Virus record (IMG/VR): IMGVR_UViG_2551306247_000001
Coordinates: 1 to 64,000 of that record
Length of the DNA: 64,000 bases
Source of the DNA: a virus
Lineage: Duplodnaviria; Caudoviricetes
Reading direction: 5' to 3' (one strand)
The notes beneath the pieces are model-generated. The model saw nothing but the letters and a program-made list of their open reading frames with translations, made no database searches and had not been told where the DNA came from. Within the stretch, counting starts at the first letter, position 1, and the number at the start of each line of letters is the position of its first letter. The translations under genes were made by a program, and so were the position numbers. Positions 9,812-18,958 of the stretch are shown here, in pieces.

Positions 9812-10011
9812 TGTGTAGGTCGTTGACTAAATGGTTGAAACTTATTCTGAATAAAGGTTCTGAAAAATGCTTAAAACGACCAACATGAGTAACATTTTTT
9901 GATTTTGTGTAGGTCTATTATGGTCTTTTCTAAAACTATCCTATAAGCAAAAATTACTATAAAAAAAGACTATAAGAGGAGTTTTGGAAATGACTGCACT
10001 AGACCTACACA
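9812..10011. other. Putative phage replication origin
   Basis: TGTGTAGGTC at 9812 and 9906, inverted copy AGACCTACACA at 10001, enclosing an AT-rich spacer, directly after primase. Confidence 0.5.
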
Positions 10012-10039
10012 GTTCAATTTGACGAAAGGATTTGGAACG

Positions 10040-10321
10040 ATGAGAGAAAAGTACGTTGAGCAAGCTTTGGTGAAGTCTGTAAAGGCTCGAGGAGGGATTT
10101 GTCCTAAGTGGGTATCACCATCTTTTTCTGGTGTGCCAGACAGGTTGGTTTTTTTACCCAATGGCAAGTTTGGCTTGGTGGAAGTAAAAGCTCCTGACCA
10201 AAAGCCAAGGATGTTACAAGTGTCAAGACATAAACTGTTCGAGCGGTTAGGTTTCAAGGTTTACGTTATTGACCGCATTGAGATGATTGGAGAGGTGCTA
10301 GATGAAATTGACATTACATAA
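10040..10321 (+). CDS. VRR-NUC domain nuclease
   Basis: GVPDRLV...VEVKAP..KPR.LQ. Confidence 0.88.
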   Translation: MREKYVEQALVKSVKARGGICPKWVSPSFSGVPDRLVFLPNGKFGLVEVKAPDQKPRMLQVSRHKLFERLGFKVYVIDRIEMIGEVLDEIDIT

Positions 10322-11678
10322 CTATCAGGTAGTTGCCAAGGACTTCATCATAGCTCACCCTTATGCAGCAGTCATCTTAGACATGGGGATGGGGAAGACG
10401 GCTACAACCTTGTCTGCAGTAAATGAGCTGATGTTTGACAGATTTGAAATCACAAAGGTTCTGGTTATCGCCCCACTGCGAGTCGCAAATACTGTCTGGA
10501 GTGATGAGATTGAGCAATGGTCTGAGTTGCGTCACTTACGGTATTCGAAAATAGTGGGTACTCCCAAACAACGAAAAGTAGCTCTCCAGAAAGATGCGGA
10601 TATCTATATTGTCAATCGTGAAAACCTTCCTTGGTTGGTGGAACAATGTAGTCCCTATTTCAAGTGGGATATGGTAGTGATTGATGAATTGAGTTCTTTC
10701 AAGTCTTGGCAGTCCAAGCGTTTCAAAGCCTTTATGGCAATGCGTCCTTACATGAAACGTATCGTTGGGTTGACTGGAACACCAAGTTCAAACGGACTAA
10801 TGGATTTGTTTGCAGAGTTTAAAGTCATTGACGGAGGAGAACGCCTTGGTCGATTCATTGGTGAGTTTCGTAGTCGTTACTTTGAAGAAGGTCGTCGCAA
10901 CGGAAACATTGTCTATGAATACATCCCCATGGACTATGCGGAGTGTCAAATTCAAGACAAGATTAGTGATATTACCATTTCCATGAAAGCATTAGACTAT
11001 CTGGATATGCCTGAATTGATTTCAACCAAGAAACTGGTGCGTATGTCAGAAAAGGAAAAAGAAAAGTACAGTCAGTTTAAGAAAGAGTATGTAATGTCAG
11101 AGTTAGATGGATTAGAAGTGACTGCCGCCAATGCTGCAAGCCTGACGAACAAGTTAGTTCAGTTGTCCAATGGAGCCGTATATACTGATGATCATACGGT
11201 TGTGGCATTACATGAACAGAAACTAGATGCCCTTGAAGATATCCTTGAATCCGCAAATGGAGAACCTGTCTTAGTTGCCTATTGGTTCAAACATGACTTA
11301 GCTCGGATTATTAATCGTTTAGAAAAACTCAGGGTAAAGAGTCGGGTGTTGAAAACAGAAGAAGATATTCGTGAATGGAACAAGGGAAATGTCCCAGTTG
11401 GCTTACTTCATCCAGCTGGAGCAGGTCATGGGTTGAACCTCCAAAAAGGTGGTCACAACTTGGTCTGGTTTGGTTTAACATGGTCGTTGGAACTATACCA
11501 ACAAACAAATGCACGACTTTGGCGTCAAGGCCAGGAGGCTGAAACAGTTGTTATCCAACACATTGTGACTGAAGGAACGATTGATGAGGAAATCCTCAAG
11601 GCACTAGAAAACAAAGATGCACAACAAGAACGGCTGATTGCAGCTGTAAAAGCACAAGTAGGAGGAGCAGATGGATAA
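10302..11678 (+). CDS. SNF2-family DEAD/DEAH helicase
   Basis: LDMGMGKT, VIDELS, GLTGTP, GHGLNLQ, QTNARLWRQGQ. Confidence 0.92.
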   Translation: MKLTLHNYQVVAKDFIIAHPYAAVILDMGMGKTATTLSAVNELMFDRFEITKVLVIAPLRVANTVWSDEIEQWSELRHLRYSKIVGTPKQRKVALQKDADIYIVNRENLPWLVEQCSPYFKWDMVVIDELSSFKSWQSKRFKAFMAMRPYMKRIVGLTGTPSSNGLMDLFAEFKVIDGGERLGRFIGEFRSRYFEEGRRNGNIVYEYIPMDYAECQIQDKISDITISMKALDYLDMPELISTKKLVRMSEKEKEKYSQFKKEYVMSELDGLEVTAANAASLTNKLVQLSNGAVYTDDHTVVALHEQKLDALEDILESANGEPVLVAYWFKHDLARIINRLEKLRVKSRVLKTEEDIREWNKGNVPVGLLHPAGAGHGLNLQKGGHNLVWFGLTWSLELYQQTNARLWRQGQEAETVVIQHIVTEGTIDEEILKALENKDAQQERLIAAVKAQVGGADG

Positions 11679-12147
11679 GGCAGAGCACATTCTGACGCAT
11701 TACAATGAACTTAAAAGTGACTTGGAGATGTTAAAGTATCGTTTGGATCATTTTAAACCAGTGACAGAAAATGAGGTTATTGGTTCGCTAGTTTTTGAGA
11801 AATCTGATGAACCTAGGGTTAAAAGTACACCTACCAATCGACGATCAGAGATGATTGCACTGAATTTTCGTGAGAAGATGATTCAGGAAAACGAGGAACA
11901 ATTGGCAGATTTATCTCAGCGGTATATCCGATTGGCTAATGACCTTGATAATTTTGAGATGGCTTTAAAATTTCTAAAGGGAGATTTATATGATTTTGCT
12001 CAATCCATGCTTAAGACAGATAGTAATTGGGATAGCTTGATGAGAGAGTTTCATATTAGCCGAAGTACTGTTAGAAATTGGCGACGTAAGGTCTTAGACC
12101 ATGTTAGGGAAGTTTATCTGAAAATGGGATTTTCTTTGGAAAAGTAA
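11671..12147 (+). CDS. DUF1492/ArpU/RinA-like late transcriptional activator
   Basis: C-terminal HTH (WDSLMREFHISRSTVRNWRRK); last gene of the replication module. Confidence 0.6.
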   Translation: MDKAEHILTHYNELKSDLEMLKYRLDHFKPVTENEVIGSLVFEKSDEPRVKSTPTNRRSEMIALNFREKMIQENEEQLADLSQRYIRLANDLDNFEMALKFLKGDLYDFAQSMLKTDSNWDSLMREFHISRSTVRNWRRKVLDHVREVYLKMGFSLEK

Positions 12148-12221
12148 CCTCTCCCTGACCTCTCCCTAACCTACCAGTAACCTACCCCTGCACTAAGTGT
12201 GACCCAACATTGACCTCACTT
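12145..12221 (+). repeat. Seven degenerate 11-bp direct repeats (TRACC core)
   Basis: taacctctccc/tgacctctccc/taacctaccag/taacctacccc/tgcactaagtg/tgacccaacat/tgacctcactt. Confidence 0.75.
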
Positions 12222-12281
12222 TGTCAAAATTTGTGGTAGAATTGTAAGTGTCAAAATAGATAAAAATCTCCCTCAAATGAC

Positions 12282-12310
12282 TGGATATTCTTTGGCTGAT
12301 AGGGTAATAT
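12282..12310 (+). promoter_or_regulatory. Motif B promoter TGGATA-N17-TAATAT
   Basis: One of four copies preceded by GAC, each ahead of a small gene. Confidence 0.6.
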
Positions 12311-12340
12311 ACACCTAGAAAAAACCAAAGGAGAATAACC

Positions 12341-12568
12341 ATGTGGACTGACGGACGGATTGATTATCAAGGACAAAAAGTGGATTACATTGCCAAGGTT
12401 AGTCCCCAACCTTCAGAAGTTGGAATTGACCTTGGATGTGTTTTCAAATTAGATATTGAAGTAGCTGAAGAAACAATCGTTTCTTACGACAGAGGATGGG
12501 AAATCTATCCTGAAACAGAAAATCGTGAAGCCATTCTTGAGGCGGTTTTGTTGGTTTTAACTGTTTAA
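12341..12568 (+). CDS. Small conserved prophage protein (DUF7678-like)
   Basis: MW..G.I...Y.AKV...PSE.GID.G...KL.I......YDRGW; strong RBS. Confidence 0.65.
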   Translation: MWTDGRIDYQGQKVDYIAKVSPQPSEVGIDLGCVFKLDIEVAEETIVSYDRGWEIYPETENREAILEAVLLVLTV

Positions 12569-12664
12569 AATATCTTTAAATTAATGCAGAAAAGACTGGA
12601 TATATCTCCTTTTTAGAGTTAATATGTACACAACAAAAGAAGAGGAGAACAATACAATGACAAA
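12567..12664 (+). repeat. Promoter-RBS cassette (motif B), near-identical to 18123-18218
   Basis: aaaatatctt..aaa..taat...agaaa.gactggatatat...agagttaatatgtacacaacaaa.gaagaggagaacaa shared by both copies. Confidence 0.85.
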
Positions 12665-12839
12665 ACGCCAAGAAGAAAAACTCAATGCCCTTTTAACAGA
12701 GATTGCTAAAGAAGAACTACTAGTTGAAACTTTGGAAAAACGTTGGAGTGACAACCTTGATTTCTACGATGTTTCGGTTTGGGGAATCAAAAGAGCATTG
12801 GAGAGAGCCTACGAAGCAGGCCGACAATCAGTAAAATAA
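12657..12839 (+). CDS. Small prophage protein (DUF6900-like)
   Basis: ETLE.R.SD.LDFYDVSVWGIK.ALERAYEAG; start at ATG 12657 after GAGGAG. Confidence 0.7.
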   Translation: MTKRQEEKLNALLTEIAKEELLVETLEKRWSDNLDFYDVSVWGIKRALERAYEAGRQSVK

Positions 12840-12842
12840 ACC

Positions 12843-12870
12843 AAAGCCTAGCCCAAGGGTTGGGCTTTTT
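12843..12870 (+). terminator. Rho-independent terminator
   Basis: aaagcctagccc-aa-gggttgggctttt. Confidence 0.7.
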
Positions 12871-12883
12871 GCGTGGAGGAATT

Positions 12884-13921
12884 ATGATTATTTCTAGTGA
12901 ACAAGTGTCGGTTGGACACCCAGATAAAATCTGTGACCAGATTTCAGATGCCATTTTGACGGAGTGTCTCAAGTATGATAAATCAAGTCGAGTGGCAGTT
13001 GAAACCTTAATCAAGGATAACCAAGTTGTGGTAGCTGGTGAAATTTCAACTAGACATTACTTTAATCTCGAGAACATTGTACGTCAGGTTGTCGAGCCAC
13101 TTGGTATGAAGAATGTTCGGGTAACTAACCTACTTGGACTCCAAAGTTCTGATATTGCCAAAGGTGTTGATAATGGTGGTGCTGGTGACCAAGGAATGAT
13201 GTTCGGTTATGCGACAGATGAAACACCTGAGTACCTACCCCTTCCTTATGTTCTAGCCACTCGAGTCCTTGAGAAACTGATGTCACTTGGCCACCCCATA
13301 CTTGGAAAGGACGCTAAGGCACAGGTATCCTACGACTATGAGAAGAAACGGATTGACACCTTCTTAGTTTCCATCCAACATGCAGATACAGTAGACCTAG
13401 CCAAAGTGAAGCGAATTGTGACTGAGGCTATGATGGCAGTAGCTCTTCGTTACAATCAGAATCTAGATTTCAACGTTCTAGTCAATCCAACTGGACGTTT
13501 TGTTCTTGGTGGTTCATTTGCGGATGCAGGAGTTACTGGACGTAAGATTGTTGCAGATACATATGGTGGTTTCGCACATCATGGTGGGGGTGCCTTCTCT
13601 GGAAAAGACCCAAGCAAGGTTGACCGCTCCGCAGCATACATGGCACGAAAGATTGCCAAGGATATTGTTCGTGAAGGGTATGCGAAACGATGTGAAGTAC
13701 AATTAGCCTACGCCATTGGAGTTGTAGAACCAGTGTCGGTGCATGTAGAAACCTTTGGAACCAGTCGCTACACCACACAACAAATGGAAGGAATGATTCG
13801 TGAACGGTATGATTTAACACCACAAGGGATCATTAAGGAACTTCATCTCTTGAATGTAGACTACACCAAAACATCTTGCTTCGGGCATTTCACGAAAGCC
13901 TATCTTCCTTGGGAGAAGTAA
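12884..13921 (+). CDS. metK: S-adenosylmethionine synthetase (phage copy)
   Basis: GHPDKICDQISDAIL, GAGDQG, GRKIVADTYGG, GGGAFSGKDPSKVDRS; start at ATG 12884 after GGAGGA. Confidence 0.95.
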   Translation: MIISSEQVSVGHPDKICDQISDAILTECLKYDKSSRVAVETLIKDNQVVVAGEISTRHYFNLENIVRQVVEPLGMKNVRVTNLLGLQSSDIAKGVDNGGAGDQGMMFGYATDETPEYLPLPYVLATRVLEKLMSLGHPILGKDAKAQVSYDYEKKRIDTFLVSIQHADTVDLAKVKRIVTEAMMAVALRYNQNLDFNVLVNPTGRFVLGGSFADAGVTGRKIVADTYGGFAHHGGGAFSGKDPSKVDRSAAYMARKIAKDIVREGYAKRCEVQLAYAIGVVEPVSVHVETFGTSRYTTQQMEGMIRERYDLTPQGIIKELHLLNVDYTKTSCFGHFTKAYLPWEK

Positions 13922-13922
13922 G

Positions 13923-14288
13923 ATGCCAAGAAGACCAAGCACACCTTGTAAACAAAATGGTTGTCCAAACTTAGTACCATATGGACAGAAATATTGTGCG
14001 AACCATAAAGTAAACCACCAACTGGATGCCAAGTCAACCAAAGCAAAAGGATACAATGGCCAGTGGACCAAAGCACGACTTCGTTACTTAAAAGTTCATC
14101 CACTCTGTGTTCAATGCAAAGCCAAAGGTCGACTGACCAAGGCAACTGTTGTTGACCATATCACACCCCACCGAGGTGACCAAGAACTCTTTTGGAATCA
14201 AACTAACTGGCAAGCACTTTGTAAGTCTTGTCATGATAGAAAGACCAAGACGACTGACCGATATGTGGAGTATACGTATCGATTTTAG
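13923..14288 (+). CDS. Packaging-associated HNH endonuclease
   Basis: PLCVQC..ATVVDHITPHRGD..LFW...NWQALCKSCHDRKT. Confidence 0.9.
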   Translation: MPRRPSTPCKQNGCPNLVPYGQKYCANHKVNHQLDAKSTKAKGYNGQWTKARLRYLKVHPLCVQCKAKGRLTKATVVDHITPHRGDQELFWNQTNWQALCKSCHDRKTKTTDRYVEYTYRF

Positions 14289-14330
14289 TCTTGGAGTTTC
14301 GTTACAAAAGTATCTCATTTTTCACCCATT

Positions 14331-14385
14331 GGGGGAGGGGGGATGAAATCTCTAAACCCTTGGGAGACTAAGACCGACGCCCCCT
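14331..14385 (+). other. Putative cos site region
   Basis: G-run, then aaatctct, then gacCGACGCCCCC after the HNH gene, as in 3'-cos HK97-like phages. Confidence 0.55.
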
Positions 14386-14586
14386 CAAACGTGCAATTTC
14401 GCAAAATTCGCAAGCGGGTACATTAAAATTGCTCAATTTTGACGTTCCTTCCCACCGTTATCACGTTTCTAATGTGGGGATGTAGCGTTCCCTAGTATGT
14501 CATTTTGGTAATAAAATAGTGAAAAAGGCTAGAAACAATGGTGAAAATAGTTGTTTTTAGTCCTTTTTTGCTGGAAAGGAAAACAA

Positions 14587-15048
14587 ATGGACGAAAGTCA
14601 ACGTAAACAAATCTGGAAAATGCGCGCAGAAGGTCTTGGCTATGGTTTCATCGGTAAGGTTACAGGTTTATCTAGAGATTCCGTTAAGAAATACTGTAAA
14701 CGAAATCCAGAATTGCTTGGACATGGTGCTGCGACAAAGCAGATGGCAAAAGCCGACCAGAATGATGGACTTCGTTGCCCTCAGTGTTATCAAGTACTTA
14801 AAACTCACAAAATAGGTAGACCAAAGAAGTTCTGTTCGGATAAATGTCGTAAGGTTTGGTGGACAACTCATTCTGACGAACACGACAAATCAAAAACTGC
14901 ATATGAAGATTTGACTTGCCAACATTGTGGCAGGTCATTTTTATCTTATGCTAATCCAAATAGAAAATATTGTAGCCATTCGTGTTACATCCAATCACGC
15001 TTTTATAAAGGAGAAATCAATGACAAGTCAACCAACAATGGAAATTAG
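14587..15048 (+). CDS. HTH plus zinc-finger phage protein
   Basis: N-terminal HTH (GLGYGFIGKVTGLSRDSVKKYC); CPQC/FCSDKC and CQHC/YCSHSC. Confidence 0.7.
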   Translation: MDESQRKQIWKMRAEGLGYGFIGKVTGLSRDSVKKYCKRNPELLGHGAATKQMAKADQNDGLRCPQCYQVLKTHKIGRPKKFCSDKCRKVWWTTHSDEHDKSKTAYEDLTCQHCGRSFLSYANPNRKYCSHSCYIQSRFYKGEINDKSTNNGN

Positions 15049-16273
15049 AGAGATTCGATTATCTGAACTACACCCAGCCTCTTACAATCCTCGAAAAAAA
15101 CTCAAAAAGGGTGACAAGGAATATGAAAAGATTAAGCAAAGCCTACTCAAGTTTGGCTACGTTGACCCCATCATCGTCAATAAAGATTTGACGGTTATTG
15201 GTGGCCATCAACGATTAACTGTATTGAAGGACTTAGACTATGAAACTGCCAAATGTGTTATTGTCGATTTATCCAAGGAAGATGAAAAGGCCCTAAACAT
15301 TGCCCTTAACAAAATCACCGGTCAATGGGACGACCAGCTTTTGGCGGATTTGCTTTTGGATTTACAGGAGTCGGATTTCAATCTCGACCTGACTGGTTTT
15401 GAACCACCAGAAATTGATGACATTCTCTCCAACATTCATGACAAGGAGTTATCTGAAGATGACTTTGATGTGGACGAGGAGTTGAAGAAACCGACAGTAG
15501 CAAGACGTGGGGACGTCTGGCAACTTGGTAAACACCGAGTGATTTGTGGTGACTCAACTAAGGCAGAAACCTACGACCAACTTTTAGGTGATAAGAAAGT
15601 CAATCTTGTTGTGACAGACCCGCCGTATAATTGCGATGTTGAAAAGACGGCAGGTAAAATTCAAAATGATAATATGGGTGATTCTGAATTTTATCAGTTT
15701 CTTTTAGCTATGTTTACTCAAGTTGAGAACCACATGGAAGTCGACGCCTCAATCTACGTATTTCATGCGGATACGGAAGGATTGAACTTCCGTAAGGCAT
15801 TTAAGGATGCTGGTTTTTATCTCAGTGGATGTTGCATTTGGAAGAAGAACTCATTAGTGCTTGGACGTAGTCCTTATCAATGGCGACATGAGCCAGTCTT
15901 ATACGGGTGGCGTCAAAAAGGCAAACACCAATGGTTCAGTGACCGTAAACAGACGACCATTTGGGAATACGACCGTCCTAAGTCCAGCAAAGACCATCCA
16001 ACCATGAAGCCGATTCAGCTCATGGCTTACCCTATTCAAAATTCATCCATGAGAGGGACTTTGGTATTGGATCCTTTCCTTGGGTCTGGGTCAACCCTCA
16101 TTGCGGCAGACCAGACAGGACGTATCTGTTATGGGATTGAACTTGATGAGAAGTTTGTGGATGTCATTGTGAAACGCTACATGGAAGCAACGGACAATAC
16201 AGATGTGACGGTAGTCCGTGAAGGTCAATCAATCAGTTATGAAGAAGCAGTGAAACAGTTAGGGGGGATGTAA
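15020..16273 (+). CDS. ParB-like N-terminal domain plus N6/N4 DNA methyltransferase
   Basis: YNPR..IIVN..VIGGHQR ParB-N; TDPPYN; HPTMKP; LDPFLGSGST. Confidence 0.92.
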   Translation: MTSQPTMEIREIRLSELHPASYNPRKKLKKGDKEYEKIKQSLLKFGYVDPIIVNKDLTVIGGHQRLTVLKDLDYETAKCVIVDLSKEDEKALNIALNKITGQWDDQLLADLLLDLQESDFNLDLTGFEPPEIDDILSNIHDKELSEDDFDVDEELKKPTVARRGDVWQLGKHRVICGDSTKAETYDQLLGDKKVNLVVTDPPYNCDVEKTAGKIQNDNMGDSEFYQFLLAMFTQVENHMEVDASIYVFHADTEGLNFRKAFKDAGFYLSGCCIWKKNSLVLGRSPYQWRHEPVLYGWRQKGKHQWFSDRKQTTIWEYDRPKSSKDHPTMKPIQLMAYPIQNSSMRGTLVLDPFLGSGSTLIAADQTGRICYGIELDEKFVDVIVKRYMEATDNTDVTVVREGQSISYEEAVKQLGGM

Positions 16274-16863
16274 TGTCTAATGTTCACTATTCATTTATTG
16301 GTTCAATTGGTATAGGAACTTTGAAAGATGGCACTCAATTTAGGTTTGATAGAGACAGATTCTCACTTATAGAAGATATTAACTTCTACCGAAATAAAAG
16401 TAACGATGAAGATGCAAAGTCGTACATTATTTGTGCGAAAGGCAAATATCTTCATCGTTACTTATTTGGTCATCGCCATGGATATGAAATCGACCACATT
16501 AATCTAGATACCTTTGATAATCGTTCTGAGAATATTCGTTTTTGTACGCATCAACAAAACCAAATAAATCAAGGTCTACAATCAAATAATACTTCTGGAG
16601 TAACAGGGGTTAGTTATTATAAACCAAGACAAAAATATCGTGCCAGAATCAAAATCTCTCAACGTGATATTCACCTGGGTTATTATGATACATTCCTAGA
16701 GGCAACCCAAGCTAGGAATGTTGGCATTGAATTGTTGTTTGGTGAGTACGGTCGTTATAACAAAGTTCCTGAAGTACCAAACTGGATTCGTAATAAAGTT
16801 GAGAAAATATGTAGGAATTATAAGTCATTCGCTTTAACAAATTATAGGGAGGAGACGGTATGA
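16273..16863 (+). CDS. HNH-AP2 homing endonuclease
   Basis: LHRYL...IDHIN.D..DNR.EN.R; NNTSGVTGV...YRARI....IHLGYY...EA..AR. Confidence 0.85.
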   Translation: MSNVHYSFIGSIGIGTLKDGTQFRFDRDRFSLIEDINFYRNKSNDEDAKSYIICAKGKYLHRYLFGHRHGYEIDHINLDTFDNRSENIRFCTHQQNQINQGLQSNNTSGVTGVSYYKPRQKYRARIKISQRDIHLGYYDTFLEATQARNVGIELLFGEYGRYNKVPEVPNWIRNKVEKICRNYKSFALTNYREETV

Positions 16864-18140
16864 CCTTAACTTTTCTTGATTTCTTTGCAGGTGTGGGTGG
16901 TTTTCGTCGTGGTTTGGAATTAGCTGGTTTCAAATGTATCGGTTACTGTGAAAAGGATAAGTTTGCACGAAAATCTTATGAAGCAATGTATGACACGAAA
17001 GGAGAATGGTTTCATGACGACATCACAAGCATTGACCCAACACAACTTCCAAAAGCAGATTTATGGACTGCGGGAAGCCCTTGTCAAAATGTGTCTATCG
17101 CAGGGAAGCGAGCAGGACTATACGGTGAACGAAGTGGACTCTTTTTTACATTTGTTGACCTCCTCCAAAGCCAAGAGGAAGAAGATAAACCCGAGTGGAT
17201 ACTCCTTGAAAATGTTAAGGGACTTTTATCAAGTGGCGGGGGACGAGATTATCTCGACTATCTCTCTATCTTGGATGAAGCAGGGTACGACCTTGAGTGG
17301 CAAGTGTTCAATTCAAAAGACTACGGAGTTCCCCAAAATCGAGAACGCATCTACACTCTCGGACATCTTAGAAGTAGAGGTCGACGAAAAGTACTACCTA
17401 TCAGCGGAGAAAGCGGTAGCCATCTTAAGCAACTTGTAGGTGGTATGCAAAGCTACCGTGTCTACGACCCTAGTGGAATTGCCACAACTCTTGTTGGTGA
17501 GGGTGGAGGACTAGGTGCTAAAACAGGTCTTTATCTAATTGACCAATCTTTGACAGAACCAAAGTTGACAGATGAGGCACGTTGTATCACTGCACGATAT
17601 ACTGCTGGAGCTACAAAACGGACTGCGATGAATTCTGGAGTACTCGAAATACAACCCATTCTGACACCCAATCGAATCAACAAACGTCAAAATGGACGTA
17701 GGCTCAAGGAACAGGATGAGCCAATGTTCACATTGACCTCTCAAGACCGCCATGGTGTTCTTGAAGGCATCAAGGTCAGAAATGGTACGAAGCAAGGTTA
17801 TCAAGTTGCAGAGGTTGGAGATTCGGTGGATTTATCCTATCCAAACTCTCCAACGAGACGAGCAAGAGTTGGGAAGGGAATTGCCCATAACCTCTCCTGT
17901 GGTGGTCAAATGGGTGCTGTGGTTTGGAATGATCGAGTTGTAAAAATCAGACGTTTAACCCCTCGAGAATGTTTTCGTCTACAAGGATTTTCAGATGATT
18001 TATTCGAGAAAGCTCAAGCAGTAAACTCAGATGCCCAACTGTATAAACAAGCTGGAAATGGAGTGACGGTAACAGTTGTCTATGCCATTGGATGTGCCAT
18101 TCTAGCGAGCGAAGAATTATCGAAAATATCTTCAAAATAA
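16860..18140 (+). CDS. C5 DNA cytosine methyltransferase
   Basis: DFFAGVGG, GSPCQ, LENV, PQNRER, RRLTPRECFRLQGF, YKQAGNGV. Confidence 0.95.
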   Translation: MTLTFLDFFAGVGGFRRGLELAGFKCIGYCEKDKFARKSYEAMYDTKGEWFHDDITSIDPTQLPKADLWTAGSPCQNVSIAGKRAGLYGERSGLFFTFVDLLQSQEEEDKPEWILLENVKGLLSSGGGRDYLDYLSILDEAGYDLEWQVFNSKDYGVPQNRERIYTLGHLRSRGRRKVLPISGESGSHLKQLVGGMQSYRVYDPSGIATTLVGEGGGLGAKTGLYLIDQSLTEPKLTDEARCITARYTAGATKRTAMNSGVLEIQPILTPNRINKRQNGRRLKEQDEPMFTLTSQDRHGVLEGIKVRNGTKQGYQVAEVGDSVDLSYPNSPTRRARVGKGIAHNLSCGGQMGAVVWNDRVVKIRRLTPRECFRLQGFSDDLFEKAQAVNSDAQLYKQAGNGVTVTVVYAIGCAILASEELSKISSK

Positions 18141-18218
18141 TCGAGAAATGACTGGATATATGTCTCCTTAAGAGTTAATATGTACACAACAAAGGAAGAG
18201 GAGAACAAATCCATGACA
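18123..18218 (+). repeat. Promoter-RBS cassette (motif B), second near-identical copy
   Basis: TGGATA(18153)-N17-TAATAT(18176) and flanks match 12567-12664. Confidence 0.85.
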
Positions 18219-18461
18219 ACAACACTTGAAAAACTTTATGAAATCTACCCAGCAACCGCAAGCATCATTCCTTACAAAGATTGGGTCATCGTTGCATCGA
18301 ACGGATATAAAGGAACAGAAGTTGAGATTTACGAAACAGCTGATAGTCTTGAAGAGTTTGAAAACTTCGAACGCAGATTTGACCGCATTTACCAAGAAGC
18401 AGGAACATTCGAAGACTTTGGACATGCAGTTAAGTGGGCATTTGAAAAGATTGGAGAATAA
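18213..18461 (+). CDS. Hypothetical prophage protein
   Basis: ATG 18213 after GAGGAG of the cassette. Confidence 0.6.
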   Translation: MTTTLEKLYEIYPATASIIPYKDWVIVASNGYKGTEVEIYETADSLEEFENFERRFDRIYQEAGTFEDFGHAVKWAFEKIGE

Positions 18462-18462
18462 C

Positions 18463-18675
18463 ATGGACGCAAAAATGTTCAATAACCTAAAGGCAATCTA
18501 TCCGGTTGGTACAAAGGTTAGATTAGTAAAAATGGAAGACCCACATCCAGTTCCTAAAGGAACACTTGGTACAGTTATTGGAGTAGACGACATTGGTTCA
18601 CTCTTAGTTAAGTGGGAAAACGGCAGTTGCCTAAATGTTTTGTATGGAATTGATATCGTAGAAAAGGTAATGTGA
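18463..18675 (+). CDS. DUF4314 family protein
   Basis: YPVGTKVRLVKMEDP..VP.GT.GTV.GVDDIG.L.V.WENGS.L. Confidence 0.8.
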   Translation: MDAKMFNNLKAIYPVGTKVRLVKMEDPHPVPKGTLGTVIGVDDIGSLLVKWENGSCLNVLYGIDIVEKVM

Positions 18676-18676
18676 G

Positions 18677-18907
18677 ATGTGGGAAATTATGACTCGAACG
18701 GTTGGAGACAGATATTACGTTTGTGAGTTTCTCCGTGAAGACACAACAGACCCAAGGAATATAGACGGTGCATGGATTAGAATACTGACAATAAAACGTG
18801 ATGGTGAATATATCTACCGATATAGATATGGAAACGAAATAGATAACATGGACGATATTGACAGAACTGTTTGTCAGGCTGTTCTTGATAACTTTAATGA
18901 ACTTTAA
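18677..18907 (+). CDS. Small prophage protein (distant DUF7678-like)
   Basis: MW start, IDG.WI..LTIKRDGE..YRY; similar layout to the 12341 gene. Confidence 0.5.
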   Translation: MWEIMTRTVGDRYYVCEFLREDTTDPRNIDGAWIRILTIKRDGEYIYRYRYGNEIDNMDDIDRTVCQAVLDNFNEL

Positions 18908-18908
18908 G

Positions 18909-18935
18909 AAAGAACTCGAATTGAGTTCTTTTTTT
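18909..18935 (+). terminator. Rho-independent terminator
   Basis: aaagaactc-gaatt-gagttctttttt. Confidence 0.7.
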
Positions 18936-18958
18936 CTTACTCTAAAGGAGGTGAGATT

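Noticed and set aside
12145-12221. Possible CRISPR or mini-array
   Set aside because: Units are 11 bp with no unique spacers, and there are no cas genes; DUF2800 is a Cas4-like phage exonuclease, not part of a CRISPR locus
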